Shown here piece after piece: positions 38,899-51,009 of a stretch of DNA of 64,000 nt. The notes under the pieces are model-generated. The model did not search any database. It had not been told where the DNA came from and saw only the letters and a list, made by a program, of their open reading frames with translations. The position numbers and the translations under genes were made by a program. Source of the DNA: Lama guanicoe (Eukaryota); assembly GCA_013239625.1 (NCBI GenBank), contig MU054187.1:124001-188000 (forward strand), given 5' to 3'. Position 1 is the stretch's first letter; each line of letters begins with the position of its first letter.

Positions 38899-40384
38899 TT
38901 CTGGAGTCACACTAGGAGATAAAAGACTGTAAGATAAAGATTTAAGATTGGCCTGGAAAAAAGTAGTGCTGGCAATATGTAAATACGTTAGATTTTTACC
39001 TAAATGTTAAGGAGATGCCTGTAACAGTGCGGAATGATCCTGAAGACAGAGACCAGTCATAACTGACACTAAGGCATCTGGTTCCTGTCTGTACTGTGCA
39101 CTGCACTGTGAACGCATATATTTGGCTCTGTTGTAAAGATTTCTATTACTCATTTTCAAGAAACTGAATTGACTAGAACAGGTGTAACCCTTTACCAGAA
39201 ACCGCATGTATAGGAAGCCCAGGCATAACATTGTGCTGTTACCTAGTGGAACATGCTTCAGTGGGACAGAGTAGCTGAAAGATGACAGCCTGCTTCTGAG
39301 TGCTAGACTCCAGCCAGCTCAGTAGAGATGGTACTGTCATGGGATAAATCCAGAGTCAGAGACTGGTAGACAAGTGAAGAACTGGGATGCTGAGGACGAG
39401 ATAGGATGAGGGCATGCCGACTCTCTGCTAGTTGGGTGGGTTGGATGGGTGGGTGTGTGGAAGATAAATAACTCGGGAGGGAGAGAGGGAGGGAGAGAGG
39501 GAGGAAGACATGACAGAATTGGGATGCTGAGGGAGGGAAGGGATGGGGAACATGTTGACTCTTACTAGTTGGGTCGGGTTGGGCATATTTGAATTAGTCA
39601 CAGGAAGTGATTTTTGCTTAGTTTATCCAAGTAATAAGGCAGTTCATTAATAAAGAAAGGATTATTTTAAGTTCTTATTTATATCTATTAAATAGTGCAT
39701 TTTCATTGTGGGAAAAAGACACAGTAATACAAAGAAGAAAATGAAAAATTACCTATATATAATCTTTCATGTAGGGATAAATTGCTTAATTTTTTGGTGC
39801 AGTTCATTCCAGCACTTTTTCCCTGTGAGAATATTATGTTAATAATATACAGTCCTACCATCTTGGGGTCTCATAGTTCACATAGGCCTGAGTCTGTTTC
39901 TCAAATTCAACAATATAGCAAGAGCTCCACCCACAATGTTATTAAATACATTTTTTTGAATTAGGATTTTTAGTGCTTTCATTTTTATAGCTGTTGCATG
40001 ATTTACTTTTCTAATTTCTGTTAGAAGTTAGATTCTTTTGTGTATTTCATTTAATAAATGAGTGTGACTAATATTTTTATGTGTAAGTGTTTTTGTCCAC
40101 ATCTCTGATCATCTCACTGGTCTGGGGCAATGACTTTGTTGAGTAAAAGTGTATGAACATTTTTAAGACCTTTAATTACCCAGTTGTGTACAGAGGTGGA
40201 TGTACTACCGTGAACCCAGAGAAAACTAAATTTTTCCAAGATACCCTGTGTTGCGTTGGAAAAATTATTAACCTCTAGAAATTTTAGAAATTGCTAGTAT
40301 TTTAGGTATTATTTTAAACAAAAGCTAGCGTGTACTCCAAGCATTGTAGTTACGTGTCTCTGTGTGTGGACTGTATGTTTGAAT

Positions 40385-40550
40385 ATAGGTGTCTAATCTC
40401 ACAGTAACAGCACTCGGTAGGCACCATCTCCTTTACAGACGTGAAGAAGTTATAGCTCAGGACACTGAAGTAGTTTGATGGAGACAAAGCATACAGTAGG
40501 GAGCAGAGCTTAAATCCCAGCCCGGATAAGCCTGACTTCAGACCCTGCTA
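40385..40550 (-). mobile_element. MIR fragment
   Basis: ctaatctcacagtaac...tttacagacgtgaagaa...gagcagagcttaaatcccag. Confidence 0.55.
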
Positions 40551-40989
40551 CTCCTCCTGCTTGTTCACCCTATTTGCATTTTCTGTTAAGTTTCGGCAGA
40601 ATTTTTGTTACTGAATAAAAGTATGGGATTTGTGCCTTGAAAATAAAGTTTAAAACCACTGCCAGAAATGTGGTGGTTCTTTCTTTAAATTGCTGTTTCC
40701 AGTGACTTGTTCCTCAAAAAAGGAAGTGGTCAGGTCAGAGACTTACACTTGTCTAGGGAGTTACACTTCTGGTTTATAGAGGAAATTCTCATATTTTATA
40801 CTATCCCATGAATTCATCTTTAATGTATTTTATGGTCCATTTTGAAACAGAAATAAACTGTTCCTCCATGTTGGGTTTATTTGGATAAAAAGGAAATTGC
40901 AGGAAGCCTACTCTGGGAATTTAGAAATAGCACACACAATTATAAATGTAATATAATTATATGTTTTATATACAGATATCAATATATCC

Positions 40990-42190
40990 CATTACTGTTC
41001 TCATTTATAACACGATTGTGTTAAATAGTTCCTCTGCATACATTTAGAACCATGTCAGACGGTGTTATTCTTGCTTTAACTCCAAATATAATTTCAAAAA
41101 TTCAACAAGAGTAGGAAACCCCATTGTGTTTACCTGTATCTATTTTTATTTCTTCCTTCGTCCTTCTCACAGATCTTGAGGTTCTGTTCATTGGATTTTG
41201 ATCTGTTTTTCTTTATTGTTTGTATCTGGTGATTTCTGTTCGTTTAGTTCACCTTCTTCAAGTTCACTGATTCTTTTCTCTGCCCCCTTCATTCTGCTGT
41301 TGAATCCAGCCAATGAGTTTTTTATTTCAGTAATTTTATTTCTTTGTTCTATTTTTTCCATTAAAAAAAAAATCTGTGTCTTTGCCCAGACCTGATATTT
41401 CTTTGCTGAGACTTCTGTTCTTTCATTTGTCTTACGTGCTCCTGTAATTGCTCACTAAAGTGTATTTGTAATGGCTGCTTTTAAATCTTTGTCAGATAAT
41501 CCTGACATCTGTGTCTTCTCAACATTGTTATCTATTCATTGTTGTTGTTTTTTTTCATTCAGGAGAGATCTTCCTTGTTTCTCACTACAACAAGAGATTT
41601 TAGAGGGCAGCCTGTGCAAGTTGGGTGTTATGAGATGAGATTCTGGATCTTATTTATCTGAACCAATGTTAGTGGCTTTGTCTGACGCTGCTTTGAGAAG
41701 GGAAGTGTAGGGGCTGCGGCTTGCTAGCATCTGGTGGAGGGGATTCGCCTTCTTACTGCTCCCCGCATGGTGGGAAGGCGGAGGAGGGTGTGGAGTGGCT
41801 TTGGTGCTGCTGGGCAGTGGCAAAAGTCCAGGCTTTGCCAGGCCTGCTCCATCTCTACCTCAGGGGGTGGGGAGTGAAGGAGTTGGGTCCCTCAGTGTGA
41901 CGGAGTGTGTGAGGCGACAGTCCTAGCACCCAGTCCACCTGCACTCCCACCAGCCCGCCTGGGCTGCAGAGACTCCTCGTCACCCTGTCAAGGGGGGTGG
42001 GATACCTGGGGCCCCCTTGCCCTTTGCTGGCATATGTGGCAGAGGGTCACGGTTTTTGTGATGTTTGCTGAGAGTACACCAGTGATATCCTAGAAGTTTT
42101 GTGTCTCACTGGGTTCCCCCATCCCTGTCTCTGGTTGGAGACTGAGCTCTCGGGCGTTTTTGTCTGCACCCATGCTGTTTCCAGGGTGCA
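40990..42190 (-). mobile_element. Old L1 ORF1/5' UTR remnant
   Basis: cttcaagttcactgattcttttctctgccc..attctgctgttgaatccagc (antisense ORF1) followed by G-rich L1MC-type 5' UTR. Confidence 0.7.
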
Positions 42191-42784
42191 AGGAGAAAAC
42201 CTGGGGAATATGCCACTGTGTGTGGCTTGGGTCCTGGCCGATCAGCTTCCTCCCTCCCCTCCCAGCTTCGCCTTCCATTTCGCCCATCAGTTGTGCTAAC
42301 GGGAGAAGTGGGATGGGAGTCCCTGGTCTTTCTTCATGTTAAGCAACACTACCTGTGTGAGGAATGAGCATCAGACAGTCTGAGAGGGACCAGGAGGACG
42401 TGATCTGTTCTATCTCTCCTTGGACGTAGGACGTTTGAGTGACATGTCCGCTGGACAACGAGGGGGAGTTGGCGTCGTGTTCTCTGAAAGGCGAGGTCGT
42501 GAAGTGTCTGAGGGTCTTCTAGTCAATAACATTTTCTTTGGTGCCGGGCAGCTCTGTGCTCACCCTGCACATCCCCCTGTGCCCCCAGCTGGGGCCCTGC
42601 TGTTCCTCCGTACCCACTCCTGACTCACGGAGCCAGACACCCCGACGGTGAGAGCGCGGCAGTCACTGGGGGTGATTGGTTGTATCCACACCAGCGAGTC
42701 GTTGCCTTTTGCGTCTGTAACTCGGTGGGAGCCTGAGGCATCCAGCATTGCAAATAAACTGTTGTGCTTCTTTCCCTTTTCCAG

Positions 42785-42980
42785 GCAAAAGCTTATTGTC
42801 CCAAATGGAAGCTGCCCTGTTATTCTGAATACCTATTTCTGTCAGAAGGTTGTTGCTAAAGAAGATTCAAAAACAGCACGTGAAGCACACGGTCGGAACA
42901 CACCCCTTCCAAAAAGAAGCATCACTTTGGCTCAGACATTTAAATTTAAGAGCCTTACAAGTAACTCACCTGAAAGCCAG
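42785..42980 (+). CDS. SPIDR: SPIDR internal coding exon (196 nt; human exon ~9 equivalent)
   Basis: Acceptor ttctttcccttttccag|G and donor CAG|gtaaac. Translates (W)QKLIVPNGSCPVILNTYFCQKVVAKEDSKTAREAHGRNTPLPKRSITLAQTFKFKSLTSNSPESQ, matching recalled human SPIDR QKLIIPSGSCPVILNTYFCEKVVAKEDSEK...PLPRRSISLAQMF...NNSPEIQ. Starts phase 2, ends phase 0. Confidence 0.96.
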
Positions 42981-43704
42981 GTAAACTATCATCGACTTAC
43001 AGGGTTTTTTTGCTTTGTAATAATATTGTGTTTAAAGACTATTATTTTATAGAGGTGTTCACCTATGGCCCCTCCAAATATTCAGTAAATATATATGTCC
43101 TCTTTATTCTAACTCATTAAAGTATAAGGTTTCTTTTTTTTCCTGTTTTCGTAATTCCCTAAGAATTTTTTATTTATTAAAAAAAATCATGTTTTTCTTT
43201 TTCATGACATCTGTGTCCCTTGCGGTAAAAGGAGCTGCATAAACTTGAGGTTATACAGTGGAGATTGCTTTTTGGAATTTTACTGGCCCTGAGCTGTGAT
43301 CATCTGCCAAGATGAACTTGGGGAACCACACAGCCTCCCTTGCACGGGCGCGGAGGGCACTGCCGGAACTGCTGCAGGCTCTGCGTGCCTGTGACTCCAG
43401 TGCACCCGCCTGGGTCCCTGAGTGCCTGGGGCAGCTCTGAAGGGCACCCTGGCCCTGACCAGTGGCGTGAGGAAATAAGGAACTCTTCCTCTTTTGTGCG
43501 TGTGGATTAAGAGGAAGCTGCTTTGACTATCAGAGGAAAGGTCTGGAGGATTGTATGAGAAGGAGGGCTCGGTAATCAGTTTCATTAACAGAGGTAGAAA
43601 CGCTTCAAAGTGCTCCCCTGCCTCAAAATGCAGTTTTGAACAGCCGTGTGATACTCAGTTCACGAGCTATGTCTTTGGCCCCTGTCAGCGACAGGGAGGC
43701 TGCC

Positions 43705-43900
43705 ATGTAGCTAAATGGTTGAATGTGGACTTTGGAACTGGGCGCCCACTTTCTGCGGGGGGCCTTGGGCAGGATACTCAGTTCCTCTGTCTCACCGTGC
43801 TCATCTGGAGAACAGTGGTAATGATACCGGCCGCCTCCATGGCTGTGAGCGTAGACATGTTGTTGTGTGGGCACAGCACACACAGAAAGTGCTGGGACGT
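43705..43900 (+). mobile_element. MIR
   Basis: ggccttgggcaggatactcagttcctctgtctcaccgtgctcatctggagaa. Confidence 0.65.
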
Positions 43901-44338
43901 AGCAGCCCAGCACGCAAGGTGCTGTCACCTCACAAAGACACTTCTGGACGGAGCAGTGTTTCTTAGTCACACGCGCCAGTGGAGTGCTGGCTCGAGACTG
44001 TACATGGTGGGCTCTTCACCGTAACCCTGGTCCTTCTTTTATGTTGTTTACTTTGTCCCATCGGGATGACGTCCTCATAAAACAAGGTGTTTTAGTAACA
44101 GGACTTCCTGTGTATTTTCAAAGACCTGAGATGGTCTGTGCATCTGCTGTCCCCTGGGCTCCCCTGGGCTTGTGCTCGCTGAGCCTCTGCTGCAGACATG
44201 AGGTCGCGCTGTGTGCTTCGTATTCTCATCTGTCCCCGGGGCCTGTGCAGTCAGAGAGGACAACACGGAAGCGTAATTACTGGGTGTCCCTGGCTAAATG
44301 AGTCAGACTGGAATTGTTCCCTTTGCCTGTCTCGCCAG

Positions 44339-44550
44339 GTAACATGTGGTGGTCTCTCGGCTGAGGGCTCAGGAGAAGCAGAGCAGCACGTCCCCACCCG
44401 AGCGCCCCTGAGGGATTCTCTGCTGGATGCGGTCGAGAGCCAAGGAGCTGCCACCTGGTCAGGTGCTGGGGTCCGAGTCGTGGTGCAGAGAGTTTACTCT
44501 CTTCCCTGCAGGTGTCAGCAGGCAGGTGGCGAAGACCCGCCCGGAGCTGG
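44339..44550 (+). CDS. SPIDR: SPIDR internal coding exon (212 nt; human exon ~10 equivalent)
   Basis: Acceptor ctttgcctgtctcgccag| and donor GG|gtgagt. Translates VTCGGLSAEGSGEAEQHVPTRAPLRDSLLDAVESQGAATWSGAGVRVVVQRVYSLPCRCQQAGGEDPPGA, matching recalled human PLRDSLLDVVESQGAASWPGAGVRVVVQRVYSLP. Phase 0 start is in frame with the previous exon; ends phase 2. Confidence 0.96.
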
Positions 44551-44907
44551 GTGAGTGACAGGCTCCAGTGGAGAAATTGGAAGGCTCTTCTCTGGGCAGT
44601 TTCTTGGCCACATTTGCCATGTACACAGGTCATTTTTGTTTGGTTGCTTTTTCTCTTGCATCAAAATTTGGGACACAGTATATGACAGAGGATTTTGTCC
44701 GTTTATTTATTTATATAAAAAAATCCTACTAAAAAGTTTGTCACGTTCACTTTACCTTTAATGGTTCGTGTTATTGGAAGTAACGGCTGGTGGAGTTCTC
44801 AAGAAGCTGAGGCACGGCTGCACTCCTGGAAGACTGCTGCAGTGCTTGTCGTTTTGCGTCTCAGAGGCCTGAGTACGTACGTGGCCCTGGGAGTGCTGAG
44901 TCTGCAT

Positions 44908-45100
44908 CAGCGCTCCTGGCAGGACTTCTGCAGGGACGAGGACGCTGCCTCCTGCCCTGACACTGAGGTGGTCGCTGACCACAGAGGAAATACGGCCGGT
45001 GGGCCGAGGAACTACATTTTAAATTTGATTTGACTTGATTTTAATAATTTAATTTTAAGTAGCCCCCCATGGACAGTGGCTCCCTTGGTGGACAGTGCAG
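44908..45100. mobile_element. MER3-like hAT-Charlie MITE
   Basis: gaggaactacattttaaatttgatttg...agtagcccc...gtggct...tggacagtgcag terminus. Confidence 0.7.
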
Positions 45101-48100
45101 CTGGATGGCCAGAGAGCAAGAGCCAAACCTCTGGTCCTGGGTACCTTGCTCCAGCAGGTTGTGGGAGTGGCACCTTTTCTACTCAGATTTAGGCTCTTCC
45201 TGATTTTATGTGTTTTCAAATTGCTGTGGACAAATAGCGTTGACTGAGAGTTTATCTGCGTCAGAGGGTATGAGGTTCTCTTTCTAAGTTAAGTTGCCCT
45301 TGAAGCAGTAGGACTGATTATAAGAGACTGGAGGTACCAGTTCATTGGACAGTCCCTTTTCTGTCTCCCATTAAGAAAACACAGGTTAAGGAAATAATTC
45401 ACAATCCTCCTCCCGTTTGGTGCCTCTGATGCTGGTCAGGAGGAGGACGGGACACCCCACCGTGTTAGTCATGAATCCTCCAGGGAAGAGCAGTTTACTT
45501 TAAAGTACTGTGAATTTCACAAGCTCCCCCTCAGGTGTAGAGCTAGAGAATGTTTCGTTTGGAGTTACAGAAAACGTTTACTTTTATTTTGTTTGGAATG
45601 TGTGTGTGTGAGAAACCATTGTATCAGTGTCTAGGTTTTTAACATATCTTGTAGTAGTGGACCAGTTTTTTGCAGGACTTAAATTTGTGGTCAGTCTAAA
45701 CAGAATTACCTGGGACTTTAGAGGTTAGACAGGTTTTGTCTTAGGTTCTTTGTGGTCCGTGACCATGTTAGGCTTCAGAGAAGGGGTCTGGAGTGGGCAG
45801 GGCTGCACCAGCGACAGGCTCAGGATGGAGCCGACGAGAGGCTGTCGCCCGGCTCCTGTTTCACTTGTGAGCAAAGAGAAGAAATTGGAGGGTGATCTGT
45901 GGCCACAGTCGCACATGAGTGCTCTGGGTTTGTGCCTTAGAAACCCCAGGCGCGTCGGGTGAGACTGCTCACAGCAGGCTGGCGGCAGGCTGGGCGCGAA
46001 TCTCAGAAAAAAGAAAACAGCCTTCAGCTACTCGGACATAACAAGTGCACTTCTTGTTGCCCATGTGAGGTTGAAAATGGGCTGGAGGGCATTCATCCCA
46101 GTTCACGGATAAGGACGCTGGGCCTCAAAGAGGTTCTTGCCTGCTGACGTTGTGCAGGTGGACAAAAGGAAAACTAATGAGATATAGAATCCCCAAATGA
46201 CAGGGTTGTGGAGAATATTGGGGGCCAAAAGAAAGGGGAGGAAATTGACTTAGAACCAAGTTGTGTTCAGATTACAGCTGATCTGGGGGTCAAGTCATCC
46301 TGGAAAGCCAGCCATGAGGAGCTGAGTGGACTGTGCAGAAAAGTAATTTGTGTGGCCTTGGGTTTGAGGATAAGGCTTCTAGGATGCCTTTTGGGTACAA
46401 AAAGGTCTTATTGTATAACTGATCAGTAGTTTTGTCTAGATCACTTTGCTATAGTAATTGTCAGGCTGTCCATTGACAAGTCCTATTCAGACAGAAGTAG
46501 CGTCATGCTTAGCTCTCTGCGGCGTCTCTGCTGGTGTGTGTGAGGCATGTCTGTGGAAAGCACTTGGCGCATGTGTCCTGCCATGGCCCTGCACGTGCAA
46601 CACAGCAGGGAGGAAGCACCATCAGGGGACTGGGGCGTGTCGCCTGGAATAGCCTTTTCTACTTGCGTTGCAATTCCTGCCCGTTGGTAGCTTTGGGTGA
46701 TGGGGCCTGGGGGAGGCTGCCGTCCCCTGCGTTACCTGCTTGGCCCCAAAGAACTTTCTAACCATCAGTGAACTGAAGAGTACTCTGCTTATTGTGTGTT
46801 TTTCCTCAAGAGCCAGAAGATACCATGTTGGAATAAATGAAGGCTTGTACAAAGAGAAAGAACACTGTCTTACGAGACTCTTGCCACAGTGACCCTCTGC
46901 TCCTGCCCAGGCCGGGCCTGATGGTTCCTGATGAAGCACCGCAGTTGAGTTTTATGTCTCACTTGGCACCTTGAGCAAACTGTCTCAGTCTGTTTGATGA
47001 GATCAGTAAAGGCTCATCTTCCGACAGCAGACAGCCCAATTTTTGTTAGCTTTGAAGTTAAAGGAAATTTATTTGAAGCCTGCCTGGCCTGAAAGAGGGT
47101 CAGATAGATTCTGTCAAAAAGCTCATGTCGTCTGAGCCATGAAATCCTATCAAAAATATACTTTAGATTTCAGAAATATAATATTTTAGAGTCTCCTGTC
47201 CATTGTTCTGGGTGACTTTCTTTAACTCAAGCTATTAAAGAAGACGTTTCTACTTGGTTTCTTCTTAAGATGTTGTAGGTCAGAGTAACAAACACAAACG
47301 TAAGTTTTATAAATCAGCTAAAATCAAAGATAACAAAACACCAATCCGGAAGATGCTCCCTAAACTTAACCAAGCAAGGCGGTCTGCTCAGAGCCAGAAC
47401 TCACTTCTATCTGGACCCACTGCTGTTGGGTGAGTATTAAACACCTGTGTGACTAATAAGACCACAGGCCTTCTTAACCCAAAGGGAGCACTGGTCTTGG
47501 GGATAATTTATAGTGGAGGAAAATGAGGCAAAGAAAATTAAGTGGGTCCCTGGTGACTCTCTCCCCGAAGCAGCAGAGTCTGCACTGAACGGCCTTGCTC
47601 CCAGTCCACAGCAGTTGCCTGAAATGCTGCCTTCCTCCCTCCCCTTCTGAAATCTTCACTTCCTTTCTTCTGGAGATATTTGACTTTGGTTCAAATGTTT
47701 AATTTCCTCCCTCAAGAGATGCACGTTCTTTCTAGCCTGTCATTGCAGAAACATTTGTTATGGGAGAGTTAGTCTTTTGTGAGGGCATTGTATTCCTAGA
47801 ACTTGCTTAGTGGGCATGTGTTTGGACAAAACCTTTCCTTTTTAACTATCTTCTAGTTATCTTGCATTTTAGTTTTATGGAAATTCCTTGAGCTGAACTC
47901 AGGGAAAAGGCACATTTTCCTTTCTCTGTTACCTTGATGCTTTGTTCTCTCTTTTCATCTTTTGACCCTTCCTTCAGTCTATAGTCTTATATTTCTTCCT
48001 CTTTTCACTCAGGGAAAAAAAAAACCCACCGTTGTTCTGGGCCGGGTTCTGGGTCTGCCTGGGTGGCGAAGCCAGGCACCGTCCTGTACTTGTGAAGTGC

Positions 48101-48379
48101 GGTCTGCTGAGGGTGTCCCACACAAAACAGTTAAACACAAGCATATTTGTGATTCGATGGGTGTGAGTTGGGTGGAAAGCAGATGAAGGAGAATGTGTGC
48201 GGCAGGGGGAGCCTCGAGAAAGGTCCCCGACAGGAGGGAGAAGGCAGTGCCATCAGAGTGCATGGGCCAGTCAGGGGCCCAGAGGCAGGGTGGCCATAGC
48301 CTCAGAGGCCATGTGCAGGAGCTGCAGTGTTTGCCAAGGAAGCCCACTGACCCCAAGGACAGTTTACCTGTTAGGCAGA

Positions 48380-48800
48380 CAGCTTTAGCTGTGGGGTGGC
48401 AAATGTTGTGAAAAGAGGGTGGAGAGACCCAGGAGAGGCTGCTGCCATGGTCTAGGGCAGTTCAGCTCCTGAATCTCACGTGGCACCACGGGGAAACAGA
48501 GAGAATGCCTTTGAGGTGTGCAATGACTTGATAAAGGATGGGGAGGGGAATAAAGTAGAAAGGAAATACTGAAAATGGCCCTCAGTGTGATCACTTGGTT
48601 GAATGATGGGCCATTTACTGAGATGAAGAAAACTGGTTTGGAGGGAGGCTTGAGAATTCAGTTTGGGGCATGTTCAGTTTGAGATTCCTATGAAACATCC
48701 AAAAAGAGCTGTCAGATGAAAAGTTCGGATATACAAATCTCACATTCAGAGTAGGATTTTAGGGTGGAGATAACTGGGAGTTTTCAGGTACAGCTGGCTG
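48380..48800 (-). mobile_element. L2 fragment
   Basis: ccatttactgagatgaag...ttcagtttggggcatgttcagtttgagattcctatgaaacatccaa. Confidence 0.7.
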
Positions 48801-49414
48801 GTAGGTATATTTGTACGTGCATTCATTTTGTGGGCTAGCTGATTCGAATAGCTTATATTTGTCCATGGTGCTAAGCTCTGGAAGCCCTGGAGGGCGTGTA
48901 GTGAGAGGCAGATGCCTCCTGCTCCTCCTCCCTATTCCCCTTCAGAGCTGTTCTGTCACAGCTAGAAACTGTCCAAGCGAGGGCAACGGATGAGACCATG
49001 TTAGGGAAATAGCAGACAAAAAGGAAAGAAGGAAAGTAGCATCAAGATCTAAGATCCTGTAGCATTGGGAGAGCGAGCAGGAGAGGGGAGAGCGAGCTAG
49101 TGACATAGCGGTGCTAGTGGCAGGGGCCCAGGATGGTGGGACTTCGCCATGTGGGAGAGGATGGCCAAGCATGGTCCGCAAAGATGCCTAGAAGACGAAG
49201 ACTGAAACCTTGTGACGTTCCTGGGTGTCTGCACAGGTGGTGCTGGGGCGGAGGTGGGAGTTGGTTGGCCAGGCTGGAAGAGTGAGTGGGCGGCGGGGAG
49301 CGTGGACAGGTTTTGGCAGCACAGCAGAGCTGCAGTGCAGGCATTCTGTCTCTTGCTTCCAACACAGGGACCATTTTCCTTTTGAAAATGCATTGAGGTT
49401 GAGGCCGGCAGTCA

Positions 49415-49630
49415 TGGAAACAGCAAAAGGCCTGGAATCAGACTAGTCTTAGTTCAACTGCTGATTCCACCACTTCGCAGGAAGACTTGGGGCAAATTAT
49501 GTTCCCTTATTTGTGAAATTGGAATTACACTACCTTCTGTAATCAGGTTCATCGATGAGGATTAAATGAGATCACGTATGTAAAACATTTACCTTGATGC
49601 TGCCCGTATACCAGTAGCACTCGACAGAGG
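49415..49630 (+). mobile_element. MIR
   Basis: ctggaatcagac...gacttggggcaaatta...tgaggattaaatgagatcacgtatgtaaaac. Confidence 0.75.
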
Positions 49631-51009
49631 GCAGCTCACGTGCTTTTTAAACGCAAGCGCGAATATTTCAGAATTGTGAGATACTGATAAGCAACATTGT
49701 ACAGTAATAGAAACCTAAAATAAGTGAAGACAAGACATCAGATTATGAGTCAGCATGTGTGTGAGCTTGGGGTCTGCTGTCTGGCTGTGGGGAAGCTTGA
49801 CTGCAGTGGTCTTCAAGCTTTGGCCAACCTCACCCCACTTGTCAGCAAATTGATGCTCATTTGCTTTAGGAAACAAGCATTTCTGTACATTCATATGTGA
49901 ACTGTGACCACTGGGCTGTAGAAGTTTGTCTGTAAGAAACACATTTCAAACCGCGGCCCCAGTGCTGCATCCAGTATTGGATGGTGCTGATAACTACAGC
50001 TGGTCTAGTTTGTGTTTATCAGAGCAGTTAAATACATCCCAGACTTCTGACGGTGTAAATGAAGAATGAGGAACTAGCAGGTAGTAGGTGGGATGATTAG
50101 AGGCCTTGGTGTGTGTTTGGACAGGGGAGAACGACTCCTGTCTCCAGCCCGCTGGGTCCCTGAAAAGAAGGTCCTCAGCTGTGTGCTCACCAGCCACCAC
50201 TCCACCTCTTATGAACTTTTCTCTTTCTTCCTGTTACCTGGTTGGTTGAGGTGCTGGACTCAGGTCTCTTTTTCCATGTTTCAAGATGGAGTGGCAGGCG
50301 TCTTCCTGCTGGACGGTGAGGCATATGTGTCAGTGGTGAGAGCTTGGAGGGTGACTGAGCCCTTGCTCCTCCTTTCTGTCCACCACACCCTACCAGTCTG
50401 GGCAGTGATTGCATCCATTGACCTACTTAGCATCACATTTTCATACGATTCTTCTTGTTATTTGTTCTTTATTTCTGAGTGAGTTTCTCTTCTTCATGTT
50501 GTAGAAAAGTTGGAATCACTTTTCTGAAGTGTTTGAGAATTTTCATCGTGTTGCAAAGATATTATAAGAGCAGGACATCATTTTTTTAACGTCCTCATAA
50601 ATGATGTCATAGTCCATTTCTTCCTTAGGTTTTTCTTACCTGTGCTCGCTCAGTAAATTCCCTCTTAATCATTAGCTCTGCATTTGTGAGTCTTAAATAA
50701 ACCCTTTAATCTTAGTTTCCTGGCTCGTAACTTTTGCTTTTTTCCTCTCTAAAACTCTTGGTGGTCCTTCCCTCTATTCTTCTCAGTTCTGCCTATTACT
50801 GGTAGTTCTTCTAATTAACATCCAGATAGTTGGTATTCTTTGCCATTCCTCCGGTTCCCATTGTGAATCACTGTGAAGAGTGAAACAGTATCAAGCGCAT
50901 GGATCACAGGTCTGGTCCTTGCTGCTCTTCAGCGCGCACACGAAGAGATGCAGGTGTGGGCCTCGACTGAAAAGAAGCTGAGGGGGTCTGTCTTATTTCT
51001 GCCCCTCTT

